Shown here: positions 62,308 through 64,000 of the stretch, piece by piece
Numbering within the stretch: position 1 is the stretch's first letter
Layout of the letters: each line of letters begins with the position of its first letter
Assembly (NCBI GenBank): GCA_013265495.1
Contig: MU058213.1
Location: 6,283,149 to 6,347,148 of the forward strand
Length of the DNA: 64,000 nt
Reading direction: 5' to 3'
Origin: Vicugna vicugna
Taxonomy: Eukaryota
The notes under the pieces: generated by a model
Told to the model about the DNA's origin: nothing
Databases searched by the model: none
What the model saw: only the letters and a program-made list of their open reading frames with translations
Translations under genes and position numbers: made by a program

Positions 62308-62319
62308 GCGCCCGGAAGC

Positions 62320-62462
62320 GGCTCGGGCGGCGCGCGGCGGCTCGCGCCCCGCTCCGCTAGGGCCCGCGGCCGGGCTCCCCGCACAGCCCGAGCCAGCGGC
62401 CGCCGCACCCAACCGCGTCGGCATGGACACGGGCAGCCGCGGCGCGCCCGCCCCCCGCGCCG
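62320..62462 (+). other. FAM81A: Exon 1 of probable FAM81A (TSS approximate); contains an ATG at 62423; intron 1 runs to the window end
   Basis: Strong donor CCG|GTGAGT at 62462/62463 inside the CpG island. Confidence 0.6.
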
Positions 62463-63262
62463 GTGAGTGCCGCGCCCCGGGCCCCCGCCCGGCCGCCTCC
62501 GCTCCTCCGCGGCGGGAACTCCCCGCCCCGGGCCCGCTGGTGACCTTGGGGCGGCCGCCGGGGAGCCGGGCTTCGGGGAGAGAGAGCTGAGCGTGGCCCG
62601 TGTGACCTGCTGCCCGCGAGAGGGTTAACTGCATGCTGACGCGAAGGGATGAAGTTGGGCACGGAGCGCACCTGGCATTGCATTTTTGCGGGGGCCGGGG
62701 GAGCTTGCATGCTAGCAAGCCAGCAGAAACCCCGAGGGACTGTTTGGGGGAGCAGGGGTGGTGCACACATTGCCAGGGGGCAGTGCTAAATCAGCCGTCC
62801 CACCACTCGGAGCTGAGTGACCTTGGGCAGATTAACCTCTCTGCCCCCTCCCCACCCCTTTCTCATCTTTAAAAGGAGGGGCTTGGGTTCTTTGCAGTTC
62901 CAAGATGCCGTTGTGCCGTCGTGCTGTGAGCTGAGAAGGGACCCCAAGTACTGCAGGTACACAACATACAAGGGTTAGCTATGTTTATTCTATCGGGTTT
63001 CCATTAATTGGCTCTCAAAGTGGTGAGATAGATTGTGGTTTTATGAAAGATTATGGAGAGAAAGCAGTGGCTGGTCCAGAGAGTGGCTTCTCATGATGCC
63101 CGGGTGCTCCAAAGTCATGAACAAAATCAGGGTTAAGACTCCTGAGTTCTTTCCTGTAGTTAATCTAATAGGAAACTTTGTAATTGAACAGGTAGAATCA
63201 AAACCCCAGTAGTGGCAGGCAGCAGCAAATTAAGTGAGTCATTTCTTCAATATGCACGAGGT

Positions 63263-63308
63263 TGTGTGTGTGTGTGTGTGTGTGTGTGTGTCTGCGCGTG
63301 CGTGTGTG
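63263..63308. repeat. (TG)n microsatellite with a TG/CG alternating extension
   Basis: Directly visible. Confidence 0.95.
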
Positions 63309-64000
63309 CCTTGCTGCGCTCACACCCTCATCTTAAAGTCTGTGTATGTCAGTGTCAGAAATTATTTCATAGAAGTAAGCAGAAATAATGCTAGAATGAT
63401 CCAAATCCACAGACGTGCTGCTCTCTCCGAAGCAGGGGCAAACATTTAATAAGAGTTTGGTCTGTGAAAGTCAATATGTTCTTTACCGAGAAACATCCAT
63501 AGCATTTGCCCATTGGAGTGCATGTTTGTGTTGAGGCGTGGTGCAGGGAGTGGGAGAGAAGTGCTCTTAAGTCCCAGTAGGCTGTGTCACCTCTTCTAGT
63601 TTTAGCATTGGCTGGATCCCCTTTCTGTATTCTCAGTTCATAAACTTTCGTCTTCCTGGGAGAGGAAAGGGAGGGAATGCCCTGTGCCTCCGGCAGGTTT
63701 CTGGGGTTACCCCTTCTGGCTTTCTGCGCCAAGGTAACCCTTAGTACTCATTTCAGTCTGATTTCATCAGTATAAAAATGTGGGTTGGAAAGAGAGATTT
63801 TTTTCAACGTGAATGAATAAGCTTCTGCGAGCTTGTTTACCTGAGGGTTTAATAATCTTTAATAGTTTATGTGTTAGAAATCTGATAGTATTCAGATAGA
63901 AAAAAGCCTCACTGCCCTAGAATCCAGCCACTAAGCCCTGCCAGCCCTTTACTGAGTCACATCTCGTTATACTTGGAACCTTTATTAACAGGCTATTCAG

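Larger units (their letters stand above)
62090..62720. promoter_or_regulatory. FAM81A: CpG island promoter of a plus-strand gene (probable FAM81A)
   Basis: Dense CpG/GC, GC boxes, ETS CCGGAAG (62312-62318), RFX sites. Gene name from recalled synteny with MYO1E only. Confidence 0.65.

Noticed and set aside
61918..62872. Long ORFs (up to 238 aa) over the second CpG island
   Set aside because: Same GC-content artefact; no recognisable domain

Overview
Mammalian genomic DNA, very likely camelid: there are about 10 copies of a tRNA-Ala-derived SINE matching the camelid Vic-1 type, plus cetartiodactyl-type L1 3' ends. Two CpG-island promoters face away from each other across about 50 kb of repeat-rich intergenic DNA. 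(1) At ~10.7-12.1 kb, a minus-strand first exon contributes only a start codon (GTCACC-ATG|GTGAGC) and lies under a CArG box and a CCAAT box. Bases 1-11532 are its first intron. I identify it as MYO1E. (2) At ~62.1-62.7 kb, a plus-strand first exon follows tandem RFX X-boxes and ends in CCG|GTGAGT. I identify it as FAM81A. Both names rest on recalled exon structure and recalled human synteny, not on protein sequence, because almost no coding sequence is in the window. The long ORFs in the track are GC-rich chance ORFs or L1 remnants. The rest is L1, L2, MIR, MaLR/ERV solo LTRs, hAT-type DNA transposons and simple repeats. Subfamily names come from recalled consensus similarity, and boundaries of old repeats are approximate. 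I found no convincing new protein-coding system. The most unusual signals are: two retroposed elements in which L1 5' sequence is fused directly to a short L1 3' end, a site hit three times by L1, a MER41-like LTR with a GAS motif, a young ERV2 solo LTR, a perfect 10x19-bp minisatellite, and a strong-Kozak ATG in the presumed non-coding FAM81A exon 1.
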